From: Candidatus Saccharimonadales bacterium
Lineage (GTDB): Bacteria > Patescibacteriota > Saccharimonadia > Saccharimonadales > Saccharimonadaceae
NCBI GenBank assembly: GCA_049656505.1
Contig: JBASLU010000051.1
Span: 1-42,824, forward strand
Length of the DNA: 42,824 nucleotides
Direction: 5' to 3'
How positions within the stretch are numbered: position 1 is the stretch's first letter; each line of letters starts with the position of its first letter. The translations under genes were made by a program, and so were the position numbers. Shown piece by piece: positions 32,625-42,824 of the stretch. Below the pieces are notes generated by a model. That model saw nothing but the letters and a program-made list of their open reading frames with translations. It was not told the DNA's origin and did not search any database.

Positions 32625-35243
32625 TTACTTGCGTCTGTGTTTCCTATTTTGCCTTTCAATCTTCTTTTTCTTGCGAGAAACATTTTTTTTATGAGATGCG
32701 CTTTCAGAATGACTTTTCTTAATTTTGAAATCTTGATCACGGCCTTCTTCACCACCAGTAATCTCATTTACACCTTTTTCGATGGCATTCTCAGCCATAC
32801 GAGTTAGTTCTGTATCATATTCTTCTTGTTTTTTTGCTACTACATCGGCTTTATGAACGTGCATAATAGCCCTTAAAACTTCACCTCTTAAGGTAGCCTG
32901 AAGACTATCAAAAAGTTTTTGCGATTCACTTCTGTATTCGACTAACGGATCACGTTGACCAACACTACGCCAATGTATTCCTTCTCTTAGATGTTGCATG
33001 TTTTCTAGGTGTTGCATCCACAAAGTGTCTAAAACCTGAAGATAAACTTCTCTTTCAACCTTCCTAATTACATCGCTACCAAGTTCTTTTTCTTTTTTTG
33101 AATAATATTGATTGACCGCTTCTATGGCTTTGCTCAATCTAGTCTTGTCTTTTTTTTCCTCGCCAATAAGTTTAATTTTTGAATCACCTATAGGAAATAT
33201 AGAAGAAAATTCCTCAATAAAAGACTTACTGTTCCATTGAGGCAGGGCAGTTAAATGTTGTAGTTCTAAATTAATCAACCTGTCTATTTCTGGTTTAATA
33301 TCATCACCTTCAAGAATTTTACGTCGCATAGTATAAACCACTTTGCGATGTCTATTAATCACATTGTCATATTGAACAACGTTCTTACGAGTATCAAAGT
33401 TAAACCCCTCAACTCGTTTTTGAGCAGATTCAAGTGTTTTTGATACGGCTTTATTCTGTATTGGGGTATCTTCAGAAATTCCCAACCTATCCATTAAAGT
33501 AGCGATTCTATCACCTTGAAAAATACGCATTAAATCGTCTTCCGTAGAAACATAGAACTGAGTTTCACCTGGATCACCCTGACGACCACCGCGACCTCTC
33601 AACTGATTATCTATTCGCCTAGCCTCATGCCTTTCGGTGCCTACTACCACTAATCCACCAAGTTCTTTGACACCTTCAGCCAATTTAATATCAGTACCTC
33701 GACCAGCTATGTTAGTCGCCAGTGTAACAGATCCCTTTTGACCAGCTTTTTCAATAATAGCAGCTTCTCTCTCATTATTTTTAGCATTCAATATCTCATA
33801 AGGAACTCCCGCCTCATCCAGGGCTGAAGCAACTAGTTCATTTTTTGCTATCGACGCCGAACCAACCAGCACTGGTCGGCCCTGTTTATTAAACTCTTTT
33901 ATTGCATTTACGATAGCTTTAATTTTCGATTTTTCAGTTTTATAAATCAAATCAGGTTTATCATCGCGCACTAGTGGACGATTAGGTGGTATTTGGATGA
34001 CATCAAGACCGTATATCTGTTGAAACTCTTCAGCTTCAGTAAAAGCTGTACCAGTCATACCAGATAATTTTTTATATAGTCTGAAGTAGTTCTGAAAAGA
34101 AATTGTTGCCAAAGTCATACTTTCTTGTAAAACTGGAACCGACTCTTTGGCCTCGATTGCCTGATGTAGACCTTCGTTATACCTTCGACCTTGCATTAGT
34201 CTTCCAGTAAACTCATCAACTATAATCACCTCTCCATCATTAGTTACAACATAATCTTTATCGCGTTTGAACAATGTTTGAGCGCGTAAAGCTTGTTCCA
34301 TATGATAAACAGACCGAACATAATCTGGGCTATATAAATTCTTTACACCCAACATTTTTTGAACTTTTTCTACGCCCTCATCGCTTAATGAAACACTCCT
34401 GTGTTTTTCATCAAGGATATAATCTTTTGGAGTAAGTTTTGCGGCAATTTTTGCAAACTGATAATAGCTTTCTGGATTATCTGCTGCCGGAGCGCTAATA
34501 ATCAAAGGAGTCCTAGCTTCGTCTATTAAAATACTATCAACCTCATCAACGATAGTAAAATTAAGATTTCTTTGTCTTAACAAATCAACTTCGTTAACCA
34601 TATTGTCACGAAGATAATCGAAACCAAACTCGTTATTAGTACCATAGGTAATATCAGCAGCATAAGCTTCTTTTCGCGTTATTGGTCTAAGATGCTTCAA
34701 GCGTTCATCATCATGTTTTCCGTTATTATATTCAGGATCAAAAATATAAGATGCTTCATTGACAATAACACCCGTAGATAGGCCAAGAAAATGATAGACG
34801 GGACCCATCCAACTCGCGTCACGCTGAGCTAAGTAATCGTTAACTGTTACTATATGAACACCTTTGCCCTCTAGGGCATTGAGGTAAACTGGGAGCGTAG
34901 CAACCAAAGTTTTGCCCTCTCCAGTCTTCATCTCAGCTATATTACCCTCATGTAATACCATCCCGCCTATAAGCTGGACGTCAAAATGACGCATGTGTAA
35001 GATTCTTTCACTGGTCTCTCTCACCAGAGCGAAAGCATCGAACATTATCGTATCTAGACTAGCGCCTTTTTTTGTAAGATTCTTTTTTAATATATTAGTC
35101 TGATTTTTCAATTCTTTGTCAGACATCTTTTTATATTTATCAGAAAGTGCATTAATGGCTTCAACTTTTTTGTTTAAATCCTTTAAAGTACGAGCCTGAG
35201 GATCGCCGAATATTTTCATTAAAACTTTATTTTTACTTACCAT
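32625..35243 (-). CDS. secA: Preprotein translocase ATPase SecA
   Basis: MKTGEGKTLVATLP Walker A, VDEVDSILIDEARTPLIIS and TNIAGRGTDIKL. The ATG at 35243 (MVSKNKVLMKIFGDPQARTLK) fits the canonical N-terminus; the ORF is open to a GTG at 35267. The C-tail is K/R-rich and lacks the Cys/His zinc-finger motif. Confidence 0.95.
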   Translation of the reverse strand: MVSKNKVLMKIFGDPQARTLKDLNKKVEAINALSDKYKKMSDKELKNQTNILKKNLTKKGASLDTIMFDAFALVRETSERILHMRHFDVQLIGGMVLHEGNIAEMKTGEGKTLVATLPVYLNALEGKGVHIVTVNDYLAQRDASWMGPVYHFLGLSTGVIVNEASYIFDPEYNNGKHDDERLKHLRPITRKEAYAADITYGTNNEFGFDYLRDNMVNEVDLLRQRNLNFTIVDEVDSILIDEARTPLIISAPAADNPESYYQFAKIAAKLTPKDYILDEKHRSVSLSDEGVEKVQKMLGVKNLYSPDYVRSVYHMEQALRAQTLFKRDKDYVVTNDGEVIIVDEFTGRLMQGRRYNEGLHQAIEAKESVPVLQESMTLATISFQNYFRLYKKLSGMTGTAFTEAEEFQQIYGLDVIQIPPNRPLVRDDKPDLIYKTEKSKIKAIVNAIKEFNKQGRPVLVGSASIAKNELVASALDEAGVPYEILNAKNNEREAAIIEKAGQKGSVTLATNIAGRGTDIKLAEGVKELGGLVVVGTERHEARRIDNQLRGRGGRQGDPGETQFYVSTEDDLMRIFQGDRIATLMDRLGISEDTPIQNKAVSKTLESAQKRVEGFNFDTRKNVVQYDNVINRHRKVVYTMRRKILEGDDIKPEIDRLINLELQHLTALPQWNSKSFIEEFSSIFPIGDSKIKLIGEEKKDKTRLSKAIEAVNQYYSKKEKELGSDVIRKVEREVYLQVLDTLWMQHLENMQHLREGIHWRSVGQRDPLVEYRSESQKLFDSLQATLRGEVLRAIMHVHKADVVAKKQEEYDTELTRMAENAIEKGVNEITGGEEGRDQDFKIKKSHSESASHKKNVSRKKKKIERQNRKHRRK

Positions 35244-35338
35244 ATTTAAAACTATTACTCCTATCACCGCCTAAAGCCATAAAGTGAAATACTAGATTTA
35301 TTATAAGTCTGAAAGATCAATTAAACAAGGACGAAAAC

Positions 35339-35710
35339 TTAAAGTTCTCGCTTGAAACTACGCTTAAAACGGCTCATTATCCTCCGCTTGCCCAAATGTG
35401 AAATATTTGCTTCTTTATAGTCATGCAATTGAGCTAATAACTTAGCTTCAACTATATCAATCGCAGCCATCATATTACTTGTAGAATCCTTAGCTGTAAG
35501 AACTTTGCCAGGAATTTTCATAATTACTTCTACTTCGTACTTGTTACCGTGATCGTGATTTACTTGACTTAGTTTTATGGATGCACTGACGGTTTTTCGA
35601 GCATGTTTAGGTAAATATCTATCAAGCCTACCAATTCTTTTCATGGCATATTTGTGCGTGCTTTTATTCACTTCATAGTTTATGCCGTTAACTTGAATTG
35701 ATGATATCAT
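35339..35710 (-). CDS. hpf: Ribosome hibernation promoting factor / RaiA family (short form)
   Basis: S30AE-family pattern (I.V.G.N.EV....H.YA.KRI.RLDRY ... E.IMKIPG....A......M.AAID.V..KL..QL). SD GGGAGGG upstream. Confidence 0.85.
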   Translation of the reverse strand: MISSIQVNGINYEVNKSTHKYAMKRIGRLDRYLPKHARKTVSASIKLSQVNHDHGNKYEVEVIMKIPGKVLTAKDSTSNMMAAIDIVEAKLLAQLHDYKEANISHLGKRRIMSRFKRSFKREL

Positions 35711-35747
35711 TTTACCCTCCCTGAATTTGGGTTCTTATTATAACAAT

Positions 35748-35756
35748 ATTATATCA
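35748..35756 (-). promoter_or_regulatory. Extended -10 element (TGATATAAT on minus strand) upstream of hpf
   Basis: The minus strand reads TTTTGATATAATATTG, about 40 nt upstream of the hpf ATG. AT-rich context, so specificity is low. Confidence 0.3.
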
Positions 35757-35774
35757 AAATTAAGATAATTTATT

Positions 35775-37019
35775 TTATAGTAATTCACGGTTTGACAAAT
35801 AAGGTCGCAAAACATCTGGTACTAAAATTTTGTTGTCATCAGTTTGGTAATTTTCCAGAATTGCCACTAATGATCTCGCTAATGAAACTGCCGTTCCATT
35901 TAGCGAATGTAGCATCTCAATCGTTCCATCTTGTCTCTTTAAACGAATATTTAGATTACGGGTTTGATAATCTGTGCAATTTGAACAACTTGTCAATTCA
36001 CGATATTTTTTATCAACGGGAGACCAGTATTCAATATCGTACTTTTTAGCCGCTGGTGAACCCAAATCACCAGCCGCAATATTAACTACTCTATAAGGGA
36101 TTTTAAGTAATTGCCAAATTTCTTCTTCAAAGGCCAAGATGCGTTCGTGCATTTCACTACTTTTTTCAGGTAATGTATAAGCGTATAGTTCTAATTTATT
36201 GAATTGATGGACTCTAAAAAGACCTCTAGCATACTTCCCGTAGGCCCCAGCCTCTTTTCTGTAACAGGGGCTATATCCAGCGTATAGTAATGGAAGATTA
36301 TCTTCTGCGATTATCTCGTCACTATGATAACCAGTCAGTGGAATTTCAGCTGTCGCTATTAATGATAGGTCCTCTCCTTCTATACCATATTCATCGCTTT
36401 GTTCACTCGTCCGCGGTGAAAAACCCGTGCCTGTTAGTATCCTAGAGCTGACCATGTGCGGCACGGTCATAAATTTAAAACCTTTTTCGATAACAAAATT
36501 TAATGCGAACTGATAAATTGCGTTTTCTAAAAGCGCCAAATCACCCTTTAAATAATAGAATTTATTACCCGCAACTTTTGCGCCTCTTTCAAAGTCTATC
36601 CAATCACGAGACAAAGCAAGTTCCAAATGATCCAAAGCCTCAACTTTGTTTTCACCCCATTTTTTTATTTCGACACTGTCATCTTCTCCACCAAGTGGTA
36701 CATCGTGTTGAATTATATTTGGAACATTAGAAATGATTAGTTGGAATTCGACTTCCAACTCATCTAAATTAGATTCTAATTTAGATATATCAGACTTTAT
36801 TTGTTTACCTTCGTCTATTAGATGCTGATCTAATTGACCGCTCTTTAACAAAGAAGCAATTTTATTACGACGTTCTCTTAAATTGTCCGACTCACGTTTA
36901 ATGTCTTTTATTTTGTCGTCTAATTGAATCAATTTTCCAACATCGATTTTATAACCTTTATTTAAGGCGTTTTGTTGCACTAATTCTTGATTTTCCCTGA
37001 TAAAACGAATATCTAGCAT
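35775..37019 (-). CDS. serS: Serine--tRNA ligase
   Basis: N-terminal coiled-coil arm, class II motif 2 CYRKEAGAYGKYARGLFRVHQF and motif 3 NGTAVSLARSLVAILENYQ. Confidence 0.95.
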   Translation of the reverse strand: MLDIRFIRENQELVQQNALNKGYKIDVGKLIQLDDKIKDIKRESDNLRERRNKIASLLKSGQLDQHLIDEGKQIKSDISKLESNLDELEVEFQLIISNVPNIIQHDVPLGGEDDSVEIKKWGENKVEALDHLELALSRDWIDFERGAKVAGNKFYYLKGDLALLENAIYQFALNFVIEKGFKFMTVPHMVSSRILTGTGFSPRTSEQSDEYGIEGEDLSLIATAEIPLTGYHSDEIIAEDNLPLLYAGYSPCYRKEAGAYGKYARGLFRVHQFNKLELYAYTLPEKSSEMHERILAFEEEIWQLLKIPYRVVNIAAGDLGSPAAKKYDIEYWSPVDKKYRELTSCSNCTDYQTRNLNIRLKRQDGTIEMLHSLNGTAVSLARSLVAILENYQTDDNKILVPDVLRPYLSNRELL

Positions 37020-37058
37020 GACTTTATTGTAACAGATTTAAATATTTAGATATCAAAT

Positions 37059-38342
37059 TTATTCTGTTCGCAAAGCGTCTATCGGATTTAAACCAGCAGC
37101 TCTTCTTGAAGGCAAAATACCAGATGATACGGAAATTAAAATTAAACTCAATAATACCAACAAACAGCTAAGTGGTTCGAAAATTAATAAATTTATTTCG
37201 CCAATATCCAAAGCCCTGCTAATAAATGGGTTTGCAATCGTTCCAGAAATGATTGCAAGAACGATACCTATCGAAGCGCCTAAAAAGCCAATCCAGGCAG
37301 CCTCAATTTTAAATAATCTACCAACATCTCTACGTCTCATACCTAATGCTTTCATTAATCCAATTTGCTGAGTTCTTTCTAAAACACTAATATATTGAGT
37401 ATTAATAATACCGAAAATCGAAGTAAGAGTTGCTAATGCACCAAAACCAAGTAATATTCCCTGCAGTACGTTGATAAAAGTATTCACTACCCCCAGAATA
37501 TCTGCAGAAGTTTGAGCTCTATAACCCATTTTTTCAAGTTCATCTTTTACTTCCTGCGCATTTTGAGTATCGTCTATCCTGACGGATGTAACGGCAAAAT
37601 TGTTGTAACCTCGAGTACCATTGTTAACATAATCATAAAGCAATTTGGCTGATTTATTTGAAACTAATAAAGAGTTTTGCGCGCGAAAGGCTAAACCAGA
37701 GGCACTACTCACGGCTTTAACCTTGTATAAAAAGATTTTACTTTCAGGAGACGTTAGTGGAGCAGATAATTTATCAGCTACAATTTGAACATTTTTTCCG
37801 ATTGCATCATAATTATCTTTGAAGCCCAAAGCTTTAACATAATCTTCAGTTAAAATAATTTCATCATCTTCTAAGACATTGCCAACAGAACCAGCAATAT
37901 ATTCTAACGTCACATTTGGACTAAAAGCGCTAATTGATGCTAAATATTTATCTTGACTGGGTCTAGTTATATATTTTATTTGTGGATTATAATTTGGTAA
38001 AACTGAAACAACATGGTTCACGTCTTTAATCGCATTAAAGTCTTTTTCCGTAAGCAGTCCGGTTGATCCGATTGGAGCCGAAATAAATAGACCATTGCTA
38101 TTCTCTGAATACTTTTGAGGACCTTGTTCATTCCTTGAAGGCTGCGTAGTTACCACTAACTCTTGAGGGTCTGTATTGGCACTAATGATTTGATCGGTAT
38201 AACTTCTTCCGCCAGCACCCAAAGCTAGAGATAAAGTAATTGTAAAAGCACCGACGCCTATAGCTAAGCTAGTAAGAATAGTCCTTGCCTTAGCCTGCTT
38301 CAGGTTTCGCATAGATCTAATTGAAATATCTCTAAGCCTCAT
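37059..38342 (-). CDS. ABC transporter permease, MacB/FtsX-like (TM1, large extracytoplasmic domain, three C-terminal TMs)
   Basis: Topology plus the conserved C-terminal LPSRRAAGLNPIDALR. 4-nt overlap with the ATPase gene. Confidence 0.88.
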   Translation of the reverse strand: MRLRDISIRSMRNLKQAKARTILTSLAIGVGAFTITLSLALGAGGRSYTDQIISANTDPQELVVTTQPSRNEQGPQKYSENSNGLFISAPIGSTGLLTEKDFNAIKDVNHVVSVLPNYNPQIKYITRPSQDKYLASISAFSPNVTLEYIAGSVGNVLEDDEIILTEDYVKALGFKDNYDAIGKNVQIVADKLSAPLTSPESKIFLYKVKAVSSASGLAFRAQNSLLVSNKSAKLLYDYVNNGTRGYNNFAVTSVRIDDTQNAQEVKDELEKMGYRAQTSADILGVVNTFINVLQGILLGFGALATLTSIFGIINTQYISVLERTQQIGLMKALGMRRRDVGRLFKIEAAWIGFLGASIGIVLAIISGTIANPFISRALDIGEINLLIFEPLSCLLVLLSLILISVSSGILPSRRAAGLNPIDALRTE

Positions 38343-39022
38343 CGCGTTTTCCTTTTTATATAATCCATCTTCCCGTCGGTTATATGAATTTTCACATCAC
38401 ATCGATTAGCAAGATCGGGATCGTGAGTAACGATTATTAAAGTGACGTTAAATTTCTTATTATAATCAAAAAGTAGATTTTCAATTACCGCCCCAGTAAC
38501 GCTATCTAAATTACCCGTCGGCTCATCAGCGAATAAATAACGTGGTTTATTCACAATTGCACGAGCGACTGCTAGTCTCTGTTTTTGTCCACCAGATAAA
38601 TCTCTAGCCTTAGACTTAATTTTATTCTGAAGCTCTACCGACTTAAGCGCAGACTCAATACGATGACGTCTTCGCGATGGTGACGTCCGTGCAATCTCTA
38701 ACGGCAAACTAACATTATCATAACAACTTTCATTAGCTTGAACGAAAAAACTTTGGAAAATAAAGCCTATAGATTTCGAACGAAATTTATCAACTTCGCT
38801 TGATTTTAGATTGATTATATTTTTACCATCAATAATTATCTCTCCAGACTCCGGCTTGTCTAGGCCGCTCATCACATGCATTAGCGTTGATTTACCGCTT
38901 CCTGATTTTCCTAGAATAGCTACACTTGATCCATCCTCAATAGTAAAAGAGATACCCTCAAGAGCAGTAAAAATATTATCCTTTAACCCATACGTTTTAG
39001 TAACGTTTTTTACTTCAATCAC
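38339..39022 (-). CDS. ABC transporter ATP-binding protein (MacB/LolD-type)
   Basis: Walker A GKSGSGKST, signature LSGGQKQRLAVARA and Walker B LFADEPTGNLD. Confidence 0.92.
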   Translation of the reverse strand: MIEVKNVTKTYGLKDNIFTALEGISFTIEDGSSVAILGKSGSGKSTLMHVMSGLDKPESGEIIIDGKNIINLKSSEVDKFRSKSIGFIFQSFFVQANESCYDNVSLPLEIARTSPSRRRHRIESALKSVELQNKIKSKARDLSGGQKQRLAVARAIVNKPRYLFADEPTGNLDSVTGAVIENLLFDYNKKFNVTLIIVTHDPDLANRCDVKIHITDGKMDYIKRKTR

Positions 39023-39052
39023 AAATATAATACTAGCATTAAAAACTGGTGA

Positions 39053-40828
<1,776 letters not shown>

Positions 40829-40877
40829 ATTTTTCAGTATATAAAAATGGTTAATTAATAACAATCAGATAATTCTA

Positions 40878-42386
40878 TTAAAATTTAATGTCTGGGTAAA
40901 TTTCACGAGTATTATCATCAATCTCAGATCTCAACTGAGGAAAAGGCACACCCTCTCTAGCAGACACACCTTCAAATACCCAGAAAACTCGTTCGCTATA
41001 ACCCCAACCACAAGCCGGTGGCATTCCATATTCCAGCATTTCAACATAGTCTATGTCCATCATCATCGCTTCGTTATCACCAGACTCGCGTAATTTTTGT
41101 TGTTCTAAAAATCGATTTAATTGGTCAACTGGGTCATTTAATTCGGAAAAACCGTTTCCAAGTTCAGAACCAGCAATAATTGGTTGAAATCTTTGAACAC
41201 TTCTGTCATCGTTAATATTTGTCTTAGCTAAAGGACTAATAAATTTAGGAGTGTTGACCAACCATACTGGACCGACAACATTCTTTCTAATATTTTTCCA
41301 AAGCTTATCAATACTACGAGAACGATTTTCAGTTTTTTCAACTTCCAAACGATTGTCAGCTAGGGCTTTCTTGATATCATCCATTGAGCTTTCATAAACA
41401 TCTATGCCGTAATTGTCCTTTATTACAGTCGCGTAATCCCAAATCTCCCAATCTTTGCTCATATCAACCTCTTTGTTGTTGATATTAAATTGTAAGGTGT
41501 CAAAAGTTTGTTCTAAAACATGTCGGTACATGTCCTGCATGAATTTCATACCGTCTTGCCAATCAGCATAAGCCCAATACCACTCCATAGCTACATGTTC
41601 AGGCAAATGTTCTTCACTATAATTCTCGTTACGAAAACGAGGACCTGTATCATACACTTTCTCAAAACCCGCTCCAATTAATCTTTTCAGTGGTAGCTCG
41701 TGACTAATGCGTAAATAAAAGTCTTGATCTAGCGAGTCCATATGAGTAACAAATGGATTTGCATCCGCGCCTCCAGTAGTATGCTCTAAAACTGGAACAT
41801 TAATTTCAATAAAACCTGCTCCATTTAGATATTCTCGAGTTGCCTGCCAAAACTTGCTCCTTCGCGTAAATCTGTCTCTGACTTCACGGTTGATATTCAT
41901 GTCAACATAACGTCTTCTCAATCTTTCTTCCTTGTTTGTAAAACCATCTATAACACTCGGCATCGGTCTTAAGGCTTTTGCTAAGAATCTTAAGCTTTTA
42001 ACTTCAATAGAAATTTCACCAGATTTTGTTTTAATCACTTTACCGCTAGCTTCAATAAAATCACCACTATCTAAAAGGGGTATTTCTTTAATACCAATTT
42101 GATTTTTAGTAGCTTCCGGACCGTCTAAAATGCTATCCTGTATAAAAAGCTGGAGATGACCATTGTAATCTCTAATAACTATAAAGGCAATCTTTCCGAA
42201 TTTACGAATATTCATTATTCGGCCGGCAACCGTAACGACTTTTCCCTCTAAGTCGCTAAATCTGTCTTTTACATCGTGCGTCGTGTGAGTTCGATAGGAA
42301 TCTGAAGGATATGGGTTAATGCCCATTTTCTTTAGCTCATCGAGCTTCCTAATTCTTTCATTACGAAAATCTTTTAGCGTTGCCAT
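40878..42386 (-). CDS. lysS: Lysine--tRNA ligase (class II)
   Basis: N-terminus RNERIRKLDELKKMGINPYP, an OB anticodon-binding domain (VTVAGRIMNIRKFGKIAFIVIRD), a class II core (GPRFRNE...) and a C-terminal GMPPACGWG. Confidence 0.88.
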   Translation of the reverse strand: MATLKDFRNERIRKLDELKKMGINPYPSDSYRTHTTHDVKDRFSDLEGKVVTVAGRIMNIRKFGKIAFIVIRDYNGHLQLFIQDSILDGPEATKNQIGIKEIPLLDSGDFIEASGKVIKTKSGEISIEVKSLRFLAKALRPMPSVIDGFTNKEERLRRRYVDMNINREVRDRFTRRSKFWQATREYLNGAGFIEINVPVLEHTTGGADANPFVTHMDSLDQDFYLRISHELPLKRLIGAGFEKVYDTGPRFRNENYSEEHLPEHVAMEWYWAYADWQDGMKFMQDMYRHVLEQTFDTLQFNINNKEVDMSKDWEIWDYATVIKDNYGIDVYESSMDDIKKALADNRLEVEKTENRSRSIDKLWKNIRKNVVGPVWLVNTPKFISPLAKTNINDDRSVQRFQPIIAGSELGNGFSELNDPVDQLNRFLEQQKLRESGDNEAMMMDIDYVEMLEYGMPPACGWGYSERVFWVFEGVSAREGVPFPQLRSEIDDNTREIYPDIKF

Positions 42387-42427
42387 TTCGCTTTATTATA
42401 TCATAAGAATGGGTGACAAAATGACCT

Positions 42428-42824
42428 TTAAGCAATTGACACTATTTGGTAATTAATATCGCCTTTAATAGTTTTTATAATAGCGTTATCGCCAACTTTT
42501 TTACCGCAAAGAGCCTGCCCAATAGGAGATTTGTCACTAATTTTACCGTTGATAGGATCGGCTTCAACTGGACCAACGATTATATATTTAACACTTTTCC
42601 TACCAGTTTTTAATTCAACTATACTCCCCAGACCGATTGTTGATTTGTGGTTATTCTTAATAATTTCAGCATTTTGCAAAATATCCTCAATCTCAGCTAT
42701 ACGAGTTTCTAATAACCCCTGCTCCTCTCGAGCAAGTTCATATTCAGCATTTTCGGTTAAATCTCCAAAATCGCGAGCTTCAGCAATCTTGTCAGCCACT
42801 TCAATCCTACGGCTCTTTAATTCC
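42428..42824 (-). CDS. greA: Transcription elongation factor GreA, 5'-partial (continues beyond window end)
   Basis: The frame stays open upstream of the listed GTG to the window edge (ELKSRRIEVADKIAEARDFGDLTENAEYELAREEQ...), matching the GreA coiled-coil GDLSENAEY motif. C-terminal FKBP-like domain ISDKSPIGQALCGKKVGD. Confidence 0.92.
   Translation of the reverse strand, partial: ELKSRRIEVADKIAEARDFGDLTENAEYELAREEQGLLETRIAEIEDILQNAEIIKNNHKSTIGLGSIVELKTGRKSVKYIIVGPVEADPINGKISDKSPIGQALCGKKVGDNAIIKTIKGDINYQIVSIA

Overview
Gene-dense, AT-rich bacterial chromosomal segment: about 94% coding by the ORF-track coordinates, with 40 supported CDS. I found no rRNA, tRNA, CRISPR array, transposase or integrase. 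The content is almost entirely housekeeping. On the minus strand, 12002 down to 3762 holds a reduced division/cell-wall (dcw) cluster: mraZ-rsmH-ftsL-ftsI-mraY-ftsW-murG-ftsQ. The rest of the minus strand carries yvcK-like, rnhA, glyQS, recO, xseAB, a sensorless histidine kinase with a REC-only regulator, ftsEX with a PcsB-like coiled-coil/CHAP hydrolase and a Ctp protease, prfB, murD, an M16 peptidase, secA, hpf, serS, a MacB-like ABC pair, a DUF2207 protein, lysS and greA. A short plus-strand island (21748-24134) holds a Trm11/UPF0020-like methyltransferase, an acidic orphan and rpmA. The left edge has a HARE-HTH protein and an 870-aa VirD4/TraD-like P-loop ATPase. The code is standard: TGA is the stop at two ATGA overlaps and an unframeshifted RF2 is present. 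Divergent housekeeping proteins, a pruned dcw cluster and tight packing suggest a small-genome lineage such as Patescibacteria/CPR (Saccharibacteria-like). That placement is inference only. I cannot support a clear multi-gene novel system (defence, secretion or mobile). About two thirds of the non-coding DNA sits in five gaps, and these hold the most unusual material. (1) A 236-bp element bounded by 27-bp inverted repeats and rich in internal stems lies between mraZ and rsmH. (2) A 693-bp AT-rich convergent gap after ftsQ is bracketed by a 23-bp direct repeat. (3) A phased array of five AGTGGGT-like MraZ boxes lies upstream of mraZ. (4) A GC-rich hairpin plus a possible 21-codon sORF lies between rsmH and ftsL. 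(5) A 486-aa orphan with a C-terminal Cys-rich ribbon is co-oriented with yvcK next to the dcw cluster.
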